In this document: positions 49,861-59,145 of the stretch, piece after piece
Layout of the letters: each line of letters starts with the position of its first letter
How positions within the stretch are numbered: position 1 is the stretch's first letter
Origin: an uncultured Pelagibacteraceae bacterium
GTDB lineage: Bacteria > Pseudomonadota > Alphaproteobacteria > Pelagibacterales > Pelagibacteraceae
NCBI GenBank assembly: GCA_902533585.1
Contig: CACAMG010000001.1
Location: 5,437 to 69,436 of the forward strand
Direction: 5' to 3'
Length of the DNA: 64,000 nucleotides
The notes under the pieces: generated by a model
What the model was told of the DNA's origin: nothing
The model's database searches: none
What the model saw: only the letters and a program-made list of their open reading frames with translations
Position numbers and translations under genes: made by a program

Positions 49861-50955
49861 ATGAAAAAAATCATTTCAATGTTAATTGCTGTTTCTTTTG
49901 TTCTTGGCTTTATGGCTAATGCAAATGCAGCTAAAACATTAAAGTGCCAAACTGTAATCAGTGCAAAAGCTGATGAAGTTGTTATGTTAAAAGACTTCAC
50001 TGACACAGTTACTGCTTTAACAGGAGGCTCGTTAAAATTTGAAATCATGCCCGCAGGTACAGTTGTTGGTGTTAAAGAAACACTTGATGCTGTTGACAAA
50101 GGTTTGATTGATTGTGGATTTGCTTGGACTCACTATTGGTCAGGCGATCATCCAGCAGCGATGTTATTTGGTTCGCCAGTAGCAGGAGCAGGTGTAGGAA
50201 TTGATAATATAGCATTCTTATCTTGGTTCCAATATGGTGGTGGAAAAGAACTGTATGACCAACTATGGTCAGAAATGGGAAGAGACATAAAAGGATTTAT
50301 GCTTCAACCTGTTGGACCAGAAGCATTAGGTTGGTTTCCAAAACCAATTAAAGATATGAATGACTTTAGAACTTATAAGTTCAGAACTCCTCCAGGAATT
50401 CCAGGACAAACTTATAAAGATATCGGTATAGCATCTGTAGCTATGGGAGGTGGAGATATTCTTCCAGCTCTTCAAGCAGGAACAATCGATGCTGCTGAAT
50501 GGTGTTGTCCGAAACCTGATTTAGTATTTGGTTTCTATAAAGTTCTAAAACATTATTACTTACAAGGTTTACACCAAGTAGTGGTTAATGCTGATTTTTA
50601 CATGACTGGAAAAACTTACAAAGGTTTAACTGCTCATGAGAAAAAATCTCTTGAAGTTGCAGCTAATGCATCTTTAGCAAAATCATTAAGCTACAGAATA
50701 TATGAAAATGGTAAAGCTCTTGCTGAGTTAACAACCAAGCATGGTGTTATATTAGAAGACACTCCTACAGATTATTTTAAGGAGTATATGGCAGCAGCTA
50801 AAGCAACTTTGAATAAAAATGCAGCTAAAAATGCATTTTTCAAAAAAGTTTGGGACTCACAAAAAGCTTTTGCTGATATCGCTGTTCCATTCTGGAGTGG
50901 TGCTCAAATGTCTAATGCTAAGCTAGGAATGGCTCACGCAGCGACATTGAAGTAA
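49861..50955 (+). CDS. dctP: TRAP transporter substrate-binding protein (TakP/DctP family)
   Basis: Signal peptide, GWF.KPI, KFRTP, GTIDAAEW; followed by dctQ and dctM. Confidence 0.9.
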   Translation: MKKIISMLIAVSFVLGFMANANAAKTLKCQTVISAKADEVVMLKDFTDTVTALTGGSLKFEIMPAGTVVGVKETLDAVDKGLIDCGFAWTHYWSGDHPAAMLFGSPVAGAGVGIDNIAFLSWFQYGGGKELYDQLWSEMGRDIKGFMLQPVGPEALGWFPKPIKDMNDFRTYKFRTPPGIPGQTYKDIGIASVAMGGGDILPALQAGTIDAAEWCCPKPDLVFGFYKVLKHYYLQGLHQVVVNADFYMTGKTYKGLTAHEKKSLEVAANASLAKSLSYRIYENGKALAELTTKHGVILEDTPTDYFKEYMAAAKATLNKNAAKNAFFKKVWDSQKAFADIAVPFWSGAQMSNAKLGMAHAATLK

Positions 50956-51027
50956 TATAGTTTTATATTAAAACTATAATCTAATTAGAATAAAGCGGAC
51001 TTAATTTTAAGTCCGCTTTATTTTTTT
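50956..51027 (+). terminator. two tandem hairpins after the TRAP SBP gene, the second with a U-tract
   Basis: TATAGTTTTA-TAT-TAAAACTATA (50956-50978) and AATAAAGCGGACTTAA-TT-TTAAGTCCGCTTTATT (50989-51022) plus a T run. Confidence 0.75.
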
Positions 51028-51037
51028 ACGAGGAATT

Positions 51038-51649
51038 ATGGCAGAGAAACCAGGTAGATTAGATATTTCAGATGAAATGATTGCCGAAAGGCGAGGTGGT
51101 ACAGGTAATATGCCTGATGACATGCCTAAATGGATGGCAAAATCTATTACTTCAATTGATAAATTTAGCAGGATAACAGGCAATATAGTTTGTTGGATTT
51201 TAATGCCATTAATTTTAGCAATGACATACGAAGTTTTTGCAAGAAAATTATTTTTAGCACCTACAATATGGGCTTACGATATTAGTAGATTTCTTTATGG
51301 TGCTTTATTTATGTTAGGTGCTGGTTATGCACTCTCAAAAGGGGTTCATATAAGAGCAGACTTTTTATACAGAAATTTTAAAGTAAAAAATCAAGGTTTA
51401 ATTGATTTTGTTTTATACATTTTGTTTTATTTTCCAGGACTAATTGTGTTTCTATACATGACTACCGGGTTTCTTCAGGAGTCAATAGCGCGAGGGGAAA
51501 GAGGTATGGATACTACTTGGATGCCATACATGTGGCCCATAAAATCATGTTTGTGGTTTGGAATTGTTTTTTTATTAATACAAGGAATTTCAGAATTATT
51601 TAAAAGTTATTACGCGATGACCAGAGGAAAGTGGCCGGGTAATCAATGA
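51038..51649 (+). CDS. dctQ: TRAP small permease
   Basis: 4 TM helices; YEVFAR..APTIWAY, HIRADF. Confidence 0.9.
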   Translation: MAEKPGRLDISDEMIAERRGGTGNMPDDMPKWMAKSITSIDKFSRITGNIVCWILMPLILAMTYEVFARKLFLAPTIWAYDISRFLYGALFMLGAGYALSKGVHIRADFLYRNFKVKNQGLIDFVLYILFYFPGLIVFLYMTTGFLQESIARGERGMDTTWMPYMWPIKSCLWFGIVFLLIQGISELFKSYYAMTRGKWPGNQ

Positions 51650-52980
51650 TTGCCGAATTTATTGATCCAGCCATATTAGGTTTTATTTTAATTGGAGTAA
51701 TGTTGTTCTCCATATTTGTTGGTTTTCCAATATCTTTTACTTTAATATTTTTAGGTTTTGTTTTTGGTTATCTAGGTTTTGGAAAATTGGTTTTTTATTT
51801 AATGACCTTGCAATTTTCAATGGTTATGACCGAACAAACCTTGGCCGCCGTACCACTCTTTGTTTTTATGGGTATCATGATGGAGCAAGCTGGATTAATG
51901 GAAAGATTATTTTCAGCATTCCAGTTAATGTTAGCTAAAGTCAGAGGGTCTTTGTATTATGCCGTACTTTTTGTTTCTGTAATTTTTGCTGCAGCTACAG
52001 GTATAGTTGGTGCTTCTGTTACAATTTTAGGAATTATGGCAGCAAAATCTATGAATAGATCGGGCTACAACGTTAGACTGGCCGCAGGAACAATTACAGC
52101 TGGTGGTACATTAGGAATATTAATTCCACCTAGCATTATGCTTGTTGTAATGGGCCCTATAATGGAAATTCCTGTGATTGATTTATTTGCAGCTGCTATA
52201 ATACCCGGAATTTTACTTGCTAGCTTATATGCAGCTTACACCACTATAAGATGTATGATGGATCCTAAATTAGGCCCACCATTACCTGAAGATATGAGAG
52301 CAACAAGCATGAAAGATGTTTGGGTTGAATTTTTTCTTGGTTTAGTTCCACCTGCTGCATTAGTTTTTTCAGCTCTTGGAAGTATCCTTTTAGGTTTTGC
52401 AACACCAACAGAGGCTGCTGGTTGTGGTGCAATGGGAGCATTACTTTTATCTCTTGCTTACAAAAAATTAACTTTATCAAAATTACAAGATGCACTTGTT
52501 AAAACTTTAGAGATTTCTGCTTTAATTATGGTTTTAGTAGCCGCATCAAACTTTTTTGGTGCAGTATTTGCAAGACTAGGTACACCAATGCTTCTTACAG
52601 AGTTTTTATTATCTTTGGAAATGAATAAATATTTAATTTTAGCTATCGTAATGGGAGTGATTTTTCTTTTAGGTTGGCCATTAGAATGGGTTCCAATAGT
52701 TATGATAATAGTTCCAATTATTTTACCATTAATAGAAGCTCTTGGTTTTAATCTTACTTGGTTTGCAATTCTTGTTGCTGTAAATCTTCAAACCGCCTGG
52801 TTATCACCACCCGTAGCACTTTCAGCATACTTTTTAAAAGGAGTTGTTCCAGAGTGGGATTTAAAAGATATTTATCTAGGAATGATGCAATTTATGGTTC
52901 TTCAAATTATTGGATTAATAATAATAATAATATTTCCAAAAATTGTATTATGGCTGCCTACTCTCTTGTATGGACAGTAA
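51646..52980 (+). CDS. dctM: TRAP large permease
   Basis: AVPLFVFMG, GTLGILIPPS, ATPTEAA, SPPVA. Confidence 0.9.
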   Translation: MIAEFIDPAILGFILIGVMLFSIFVGFPISFTLIFLGFVFGYLGFGKLVFYLMTLQFSMVMTEQTLAAVPLFVFMGIMMEQAGLMERLFSAFQLMLAKVRGSLYYAVLFVSVIFAAATGIVGASVTILGIMAAKSMNRSGYNVRLAAGTITAGGTLGILIPPSIMLVVMGPIMEIPVIDLFAAAIIPGILLASLYAAYTTIRCMMDPKLGPPLPEDMRATSMKDVWVEFFLGLVPPAALVFSALGSILLGFATPTEAAGCGAMGALLLSLAYKKLTLSKLQDALVKTLEISALIMVLVAASNFFGAVFARLGTPMLLTEFLLSLEMNKYLILAIVMGVIFLLGWPLEWVPIVMIIVPIILPLIEALGFNLTWFAILVAVNLQTAWLSPPVALSAYFLKGVVPEWDLKDIYLGMMQFMVLQIIGLIIIIIFPKIVLWLPTLLYGQ

Positions 52981-53005
52981 TATATATTTGTTTAATATAT
53001 AATCA

Positions 53006-54463
53006 GTGATTCAAGAAAAAGAAAAATTTCAGTTAAAAAATTGGGAAATTGTTTCAGTAAACCCTTCTGATAAAAATTGGAACTGGAAAGATTTATTTTG
53101 CCTTTGGGGTAGCAGTATTCAAACTGTTATGGGATTTTCTTTAATAGCATCCTTATATTTAGTTTATGATATAAACTTTATTATTGTTTTTCTTAGCTGT
53201 CTTGTTGCATCTTTTTTAGTTTATATTTTTGCAACCATTATAGGTAAACCATCACAAAAGCATGGTTTGCCGTTTCCAGTAATTTTAAGAACATCAATGG
53301 GTATAAATGGAGCTAGATATGTTGCTATGCTTAGAGCGTTGGTGGCAATATTTATGTTTGGAGTACAAACATTCTTTATTTCTAAATCAATAGGATATCT
53401 AATTAGAATAAGTATATTCTCGATAGATAGCAATTTTTTAGACCAGCAAATTTTTCTTTATTATTTTCTTGGAATGAATTTAATTGATGGGTCTGCTTTT
53501 TTAATAACATTATTTTTACAGTATTTTTTGTTTAGCAGAGGACAATCATCAATTAGATCTTTTATAAATTTTTCTGCAATGTTTGTTTATTTTGGATTGT
53601 TTTTATTTCTTATTATAATAATTTCTGAAAATTATAATTCTGTTGTAGATTCAATAAAACTATCAATTAATACTACTAATACATTTACAAAGACCAATTT
53701 AATTCATTTGTTTTCTATATCAGGAACAATATTTGCATTTTTTTCTATAATGATATTAAATTTTGGAGACTTTTCTCGTTATGTAAAAAATGAAAATGAA
53801 TTAAATAAAGGAAACTTAAGTTTGATTTTTAATTTAATTTTATTTTCTTTTCTTTCTATACTTATTGTAATTGGAGCAGATATAATTTTGGCTAAGAATT
53901 TCATTAAAGTTGATCAATTATTGACTAACCCTACAGATATAATTGGTAAGTTTGATAATATATACTTAACAGTTTTTGCGTTAATTTTTATTTTGTTTTC
54001 ATCAGCATCTACGAACTTAATTGTAAATTATATTCCTTCTCAAAATGCTTTACTTAATTTTTTACCAAAAAACTTAAGTTTAAGAAGTTCAGGTTTTATA
54101 ATTATCTTTTTTGGTTTTTTTATCGGGATTTATTGGTTGCCAATTTTAAGTCAAGTAGGAATATTATCTTTTGTGGATACTGTTAGTGCATTTTTTGGTC
54201 CAATATTTGGAATAATGATTGCCGATCATTATTTAATTAAAAATAAAGAGATAGTTAATAAAGATATTTTCTCATCCAATTCTGAAGGTACATATTATTA
54301 TTCAAATGGATGGCAAATTAAAAGCATCTATGCAATGTTTATAGGTTTTGTATTTGCATCTTCAACAATATGGAATTCTTCATTAATACATTTACAATCA
54401 TTTTCTTGGTTGATTGGATTAACTGTTTCTTTCATTACATACTATCTTTTAGCAAGTGACTAA
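53006..54463 (+). CDS. NCS1 family nucleobase/nucleoside:cation symporter
   Basis: HGLPFPVILRTSMG..GA, NFGDFSRY, GPIFGIMIADHY. Confidence 0.85.
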   Translation: MIQEKEKFQLKNWEIVSVNPSDKNWNWKDLFCLWGSSIQTVMGFSLIASLYLVYDINFIIVFLSCLVASFLVYIFATIIGKPSQKHGLPFPVILRTSMGINGARYVAMLRALVAIFMFGVQTFFISKSIGYLIRISIFSIDSNFLDQQIFLYYFLGMNLIDGSAFLITLFLQYFLFSRGQSSIRSFINFSAMFVYFGLFLFLIIIISENYNSVVDSIKLSINTTNTFTKTNLIHLFSISGTIFAFFSIMILNFGDFSRYVKNENELNKGNLSLIFNLILFSFLSILIVIGADIILAKNFIKVDQLLTNPTDIIGKFDNIYLTVFALIFILFSSASTNLIVNYIPSQNALLNFLPKNLSLRSSGFIIIFFGFFIGIYWLPILSQVGILSFVDTVSAFFGPIFGIMIADHYLIKNKEIVNKDIFSSNSEGTYYYSNGWQIKSIYAMFIGFVFASSTIWNSSLIHLQSFSWLIGLTVSFITYYLLASD

Positions 54464-55543
54464 ATGAAAATAAAAGGAAAAGAATATCGAACAATTTGGT
54501 TTGATGATAAAAATAGTATTGTAAATATTATTGATCAAACAAAACTTCCACATAAATTTATAATAAAAAAACTAAAAACTATTAATGATGCAATTAATGC
54601 TATTAAAACCATGGAGGTTAGGGGGGCGCCATTAATTGGTGCAACAGCGGCCTATGGTATAGTTTTATCAATTGTAGAAAATAATGATCAGTCATTTTTA
54701 AAAAAATCAAGTGAAGATTTAATTAATTCTAGACCTACCGCTATCAATTTGAAATGGGCTGTTGATAGAATGATGAAAAAATTATCAGGAGTTAATAGTG
54801 ACAAAATTTTAAATATAGCTTTAAAAGAAGCAAGCGACATTTGTGAAGAAGATATAAAATTTTGTGAGAATATTGGTTTAAATGGATTAAAACTAATTGA
54901 AGAAATTTACAAAAAAAAGAAGGATACAGTAAATATCTTAACTCATTGCAATGCAGGCTGGCTTGCTACAATTAATTGGGGCACAGCTACTTCACCAATT
55001 TACCATGCTCATAAAAAAAATATTCCTGTTCATGTATGGGTTGATGAAACCAGACCTAGAAATCAAGGCGCCAATCTAACTTCATATGAATTGAACGAAG
55101 AAAATGTACCTAATACTATAATAGCAGATAATACCGGTGGTATTTTGATGCAAAGAGGAGAGGTTGATATGTGCATTGTGGGAACTGATAGAACATTATC
55201 TACAGGGGATGTTTGCAATAAAATCGGCACTTATCTCAAAGCACTTGCAGCAAAAGATAATAATATCCCTTTTTATGTAGCTTTACCAAGTTCAACTATA
55301 GATTGGGATATTAGCGATTTTAAAGAAATACCAATTGAAGAAAGAAATTCAGAGGAACTTTCTCATATAGAAGGGTTAGATGAAAACGGCAATGTTAAAA
55401 AGGTTCAGGTTTATCCAATAAAAAGCAAATCTATGAATTTAGCTTTTGATGTAACTCCTGCAAAATATGTTACAGCATTAATTACAGAAAAAGGGACTTG
55501 TGAAGCATCAAAAGAAAGTTTAAAAAAATTATTTAATAAATAG
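54464..55543 (+). CDS. mtnA: S-methyl-5-thioribose-1-phosphate isomerase
   Basis: IDQTKLP, MEVRGAPLIG, RPTAINL, LTHCNAG, ETRPRNQG, NKIGTY. Confidence 0.95.
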   Translation: MKIKGKEYRTIWFDDKNSIVNIIDQTKLPHKFIIKKLKTINDAINAIKTMEVRGAPLIGATAAYGIVLSIVENNDQSFLKKSSEDLINSRPTAINLKWAVDRMMKKLSGVNSDKILNIALKEASDICEEDIKFCENIGLNGLKLIEEIYKKKKDTVNILTHCNAGWLATINWGTATSPIYHAHKKNIPVHVWVDETRPRNQGANLTSYELNEENVPNTIIADNTGGILMQRGEVDMCIVGTDRTLSTGDVCNKIGTYLKALAAKDNNIPFYVALPSSTIDWDISDFKEIPIEERNSEELSHIEGLDENGNVKKVQVYPIKSKSMNLAFDVTPAKYVTALITEKGTCEASKESLKKLFNK

Positions 55544-55564
55544 CTCTAAAATTATTACTTAAAA

Positions 55565-55786
55565 ATGAAGAAAAAAATTACAACTATTATTTTAATAATA
55601 TTAGGAATTTTAGTTCTTTTATTTATTAGATCAAATTATAGCGATCATAATTTAAAAAGGACTGTTGAAGCATGTATGCTTGCTACAAAACAAACCTCAA
55701 AGAATTTTAATAAAGAAGAAGCTAGAAAATATTGTGAAGAACAAATTAAAAAAAATAAAAAAAGTGGACTTGGGTTTGATTATTAA
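55565..55786 (+). CDS. small membrane-anchored hypothetical protein with a Cys pair
   Basis: N-terminal hydrophobic helix; EAC...YC; stop overlaps the aldolase start. Confidence 0.6.
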   Translation: MKKKITTIILIILGILVLLFIRSNYSDHNLKRTVEACMLATKQTSKNFNKEEARKYCEEQIKKNKKSGLGFDY

Positions 55787-56454
55787 TGAATAAAATTGCA
55801 GAATTAAAAGAAGAAGTAATAAAATATGCACAAAAACTTAATAGTAAAAACTTATCACCATTAAGATCTGGAAATGTTTCAGCTAGAGTAGTTAAAGACG
55901 GTGTAGAAGGTTTTCTTCTTACACCTTCAGGAAAAAGATATGAAACACTAATGCCTGAAGATATCGTCTTTCTAGCTCTGAAAGAAGAATATGATAATCT
56001 TAAACTGTTTAATACTGGGCTTAATCCTTCATCAGAATGGAGGTTTCACCAAGATATATATTTAAAAAAAACTGAAGCTAAAGCTATTGTTCATGCACAT
56101 TCACCACACGCTACAGCAGTTTCGACTCACGGCAAATCAATACCAGCTTTTCATTACATGGTAGCTCTAGCTGGAGGAGATGATATTAAATGCTCAGAAT
56201 ATGCTACTTTTGGAACAACCGATCTGTCAAAAAATATTCTCCAGGCATTGGAAAAAAGAAAAGCTTGCCTGATGTCAAACCACGGCCAGGTTGCATTTGG
56301 AGTAAATTTAAAACAAGCTTTTGAACTTGCAGAAGAAGTAGAAAATATTTGCCATCAATACATAATTGCTTTAAAAATTGGGAATCCAAAGATTCTTTCA
56401 TCTACAGAGATGAATAAAATATTGGATAAAATAAAACATTATAAAAAGGCATAG
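55786..56454 (+). CDS. class II aldolase (FucA/Ald2-like; methylthio- or 5-deoxy-ribulose-1-P aldolase candidate)
   Basis: SGNVS, TPSG, PSSEWRFH, VHAHSP, MSNHG. Confidence 0.85.
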   Translation: MNKIAELKEEVIKYAQKLNSKNLSPLRSGNVSARVVKDGVEGFLLTPSGKRYETLMPEDIVFLALKEEYDNLKLFNTGLNPSSEWRFHQDIYLKKTEAKAIVHAHSPHATAVSTHGKSIPAFHYMVALAGGDDIKCSEYATFGTTDLSKNILQALEKRKACLMSNHGQVAFGVNLKQAFELAEEVENICHQYIIALKIGNPKILSSTEMNKILDKIKHYKKA

Positions 56455-56480
56455 CCTTTTATAATTTTAACAGGGGAGCA

Positions 56481-57521
56481 ATGACTAAAGTAGGAGATCA
56501 TATAACTTTAGATATTATTGGGACTAAAAAGGAATATTCTCCTTCATTTTACGAAAAACTCGTATACAAAATTGCAAAAAAAGCGAAAGTTACAGTTCTA
56601 GGAATTTCAAAACATAAATTTGAACCGCAAGGATTTACTTTAGTAGCATTATTGGCGGAAAGTCATATTAGTTTTCATACATTTCCTGAAAAAGGAATTA
56701 CAAGTTTTGATTTTTTTACCTGTGGAAAAGTATCACCAGCTGTTGCTTTAGATATTATTAAAAAAGAAATTGAACATAAAAGAATTGTTAAAAAAGAATT
56801 TAATAGAGATTCATTAGGACTTTATGACGATATTTATAGTTCTCCAGGTCAAAAGAAATATTATGTAGTAAAAAAGTATTTAGAAAATTTCACATCTAAA
56901 GTAGGCCAACATATTGAAATTATTGAACTAGAACAATTTGGTAAATCTTTATTTATTGATAATGAGTTACAAGTCGCTGAAAAAGATGAACACCTTTATA
57001 GTTCAACTTTTGTAAATTCTGGAATTAAATTAAATAAGAAAATAGATAATGCTGCAATAATTGGAGGGGGTGACGGCGGCGTTGCAAGAGAATGTATTAA
57101 TAAAAATTTTAATTTTATAGATTGGTTTGAGCTTGATCCAGAAGTGGTTGAGGTTTGTGAAAAACATTTATCTAAAGTCGGCCAAAAAGCCACAAAGAAG
57201 AATTCAGTAAAATGCATATGGGGTGATGCATTTGAAAGTATTAAAAAAGTTGAAGACAACAAATATGATAAAATATTTGTTGATCTGAATGATGATCAAT
57301 ATTGTATTGATCTTGCAGCTAAAAATATTAAATCATTAAAAAGAATATTAAAAAATAATGGAACGATTACTGCGCAGGTAGGTAGTCAGGACAAAAAACC
57401 AAAACAAGTTAAAAATTGGTTGAATTTGTTCAACAAAAACTTTGGAAATGCAGAATTAGATAGAGTGTACATACCAAGTTTTGATTGTAATTGGAATTTT
57501 GCCTCGTCAATAAACAATTAA
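56481..57521 (+). CDS. speD-speE: fused S-adenosylmethionine decarboxylase (SpeD)-aminopropyltransferase (SpeE)
   Basis: N-terminal LAESHISFHTFPE..DFFTCG pyruvoyl self-cleavage motif; C-terminal IIGGGDGGVARE, ELDPEVV. Confidence 0.85.
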   Translation: MTKVGDHITLDIIGTKKEYSPSFYEKLVYKIAKKAKVTVLGISKHKFEPQGFTLVALLAESHISFHTFPEKGITSFDFFTCGKVSPAVALDIIKKEIEHKRIVKKEFNRDSLGLYDDIYSSPGQKKYYVVKKYLENFTSKVGQHIEIIELEQFGKSLFIDNELQVAEKDEHLYSSTFVNSGIKLNKKIDNAAIIGGGDGGVARECINKNFNFIDWFELDPEVVEVCEKHLSKVGQKATKKNSVKCIWGDAFESIKKVEDNKYDKIFVDLNDDQYCIDLAAKNIKSLKRILKNNGTITAQVGSQDKKPKQVKNWLNLFNKNFGNAELDRVYIPSFDCNWNFASSINN

Positions 57522-57580
57522 TTTATCTTTTTAAAACTTCAAATTTGTGGAATAATCAATTTTATATTTTTGGAGGGAAA

Positions 57581-58408
57581 ATGATAAAACTTAAAAAATT
57601 TGGATTGGGATTATTAATATCTCTGTTCTTGTCGTTTACAGCAAATGCTGACTCAATTAAAATTGGAACCGAGGGTGCCTATCCTCCCTGGAATTCAAAA
57701 GATGCTTCAGGGGCTTTAATAGGTTTTGAAGTTGATCTTGCAAAAGAGCTTTGCAAGATAATGGGTCATGATTGCACAATTGTAGAACAAGACTGGGATG
57801 GAATGATTCCAGCTTTAGTAGGAAGAAAATTCGATGCTATAATGGCAGGAATGTCAATTACTGATGAAAGAAAAAAAACAATTAACTTCTCAGATGGATA
57901 TGCAGATGAAGTTGCATCACTAGCAGTAATGAAAGGTTCTAAAAACGAAGGTTTAAAAACTCTTTCAGCTATTAATCTATCCGAGATTAGCGCAGACGAA
58001 CAAGCAACTCTAGATGTTTTAACAAAAGCTTTCAAAGGAAAAACTATTGGTGTTCAAACTGCAACAATACATCAAAACTTTTTAGAGTCAGGTTTAATGG
58101 GTAGTGTTAAAGTTAGAACATATAAAACACAAGATGAAGTGAACCTTGATTTAGCAGCAGGAAGAATTGATGCTGCTCTAGCAGCTGCTGTTGCATTTAC
58201 AGACTATGCAGAGAAATCAGGAAAAGCTGTTGTGTTAACAGGACCTACATTTGCTGGAGGTGATTTTGGTAATGGTGTAGGAGTTGGAATTAGAAAATCT
58301 GATCAAAAACTTTTAAATGATTTCAATAGAGCTATAGATAAAGCTAGAGATGACGGGATTATAAGCAAGCTAGCTATTAAATGGTTCGGTTTCGACGCTT
58401 CTATGTAA
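57581..58408 (+). CDS. polar amino-acid ABC substrate-binding protein (OccT/ArtJ/HisJ family)
   Basis: GTEGAYPPW, QDWDGMIP, MSITDERKK; GGAGG Shine-Dalgarno supports ATG at 57581. Confidence 0.9.
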   Translation: MIKLKKFGLGLLISLFLSFTANADSIKIGTEGAYPPWNSKDASGALIGFEVDLAKELCKIMGHDCTIVEQDWDGMIPALVGRKFDAIMAGMSITDERKKTINFSDGYADEVASLAVMKGSKNEGLKTLSAINLSEISADEQATLDVLTKAFKGKTIGVQTATIHQNFLESGLMGSVKVRTYKTQDEVNLDLAAGRIDAALAAAVAFTDYAEKSGKAVVLTGPTFAGGDFGNGVGVGIRKSDQKLLNDFNRAIDKARDDGIISKLAIKWFGFDASM

Positions 58409-58422
58409 AGTATTTAAGAAAT

Positions 58423-58452
58423 GGCGACTATAATATATAGTCGCCTTTCTTT
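58423..58452 (+). terminator. hairpin between the amino-acid SBP and permease genes
   Basis: GGCGACTATA-ATA-TATAGTCGCC followed by TTTCTTT. Confidence 0.65.
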
Positions 58453-59145
58453 ATGAATCTTCTAGCATTTGGAAATACTGGGTGGGGTGATGAGCTGTTT
58501 TACGCAACCCTAATGACAATTGCTGTATCGATTACAGCAATGATTATTGGATTTATTTTTGCTTTAATTTTTACACCACTTAAACTATCAAAAAAAAAAT
58601 ATCTTAACCTAATAGGAAATTTTTACACAACAGTCATTCGTGGCGTTCCTGAATTGTTAGTTATCTATCTACTTTTTTTTGGTGGAAGCGGAGCTATTAT
58701 GTATGTTGCATCAATTTTTGGATACAATGAATACATTGAAATAAATGCTTTTTTGACAGGATCGTTTTCAATTGGAATTATTTCTGGAGCATATTCAACC
58801 GAAGTATTTAGAGGAGCAATTCAATCTATCGATAAGGGACAATTTGAAGCTAGCAAAGTATTAGGTTTAAAAAAAAAAATTGAGTTTTTTAAAGTAATTA
58901 TGCCCCAGATGCTTCGGTTGGCTATTCCAAACCTTAGCAATGTTTGGCAAATAACTTTAAAAGACACGTCTCTTATTTCTGTTACTGGACTAGTTGAAAT
59001 AATGAGACAGTCTTATATTGCTGCAGGCTCAACTAGAGATCCATTATTCTTTTATTCTTTTGCAGCAGTTTTATATCTGTTGCTTACTTATTTAAGTATG
59101 AAGCTAATCAATAGATTAGAAGTTAAATATAATAGAGGATTTTGA
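58453..59145 (+). CDS. polar amino-acid ABC permease (HisQ/OccQ family)
   Basis: YTTVIRGVPEL, GQFEA (EAA loop), LKDTSL. Confidence 0.9.
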   Translation: MNLLAFGNTGWGDELFYATLMTIAVSITAMIIGFIFALIFTPLKLSKKKYLNLIGNFYTTVIRGVPELLVIYLLFFGGSGAIMYVASIFGYNEYIEINAFLTGSFSIGIISGAYSTEVFRGAIQSIDKGQFEASKVLGLKKKIEFFKVIMPQMLRLAIPNLSNVWQITLKDTSLISVTGLVEIMRQSYIAAGSTRDPLFFYSFAAVLYLLLTYLSMKLINRLEVKYNRGF

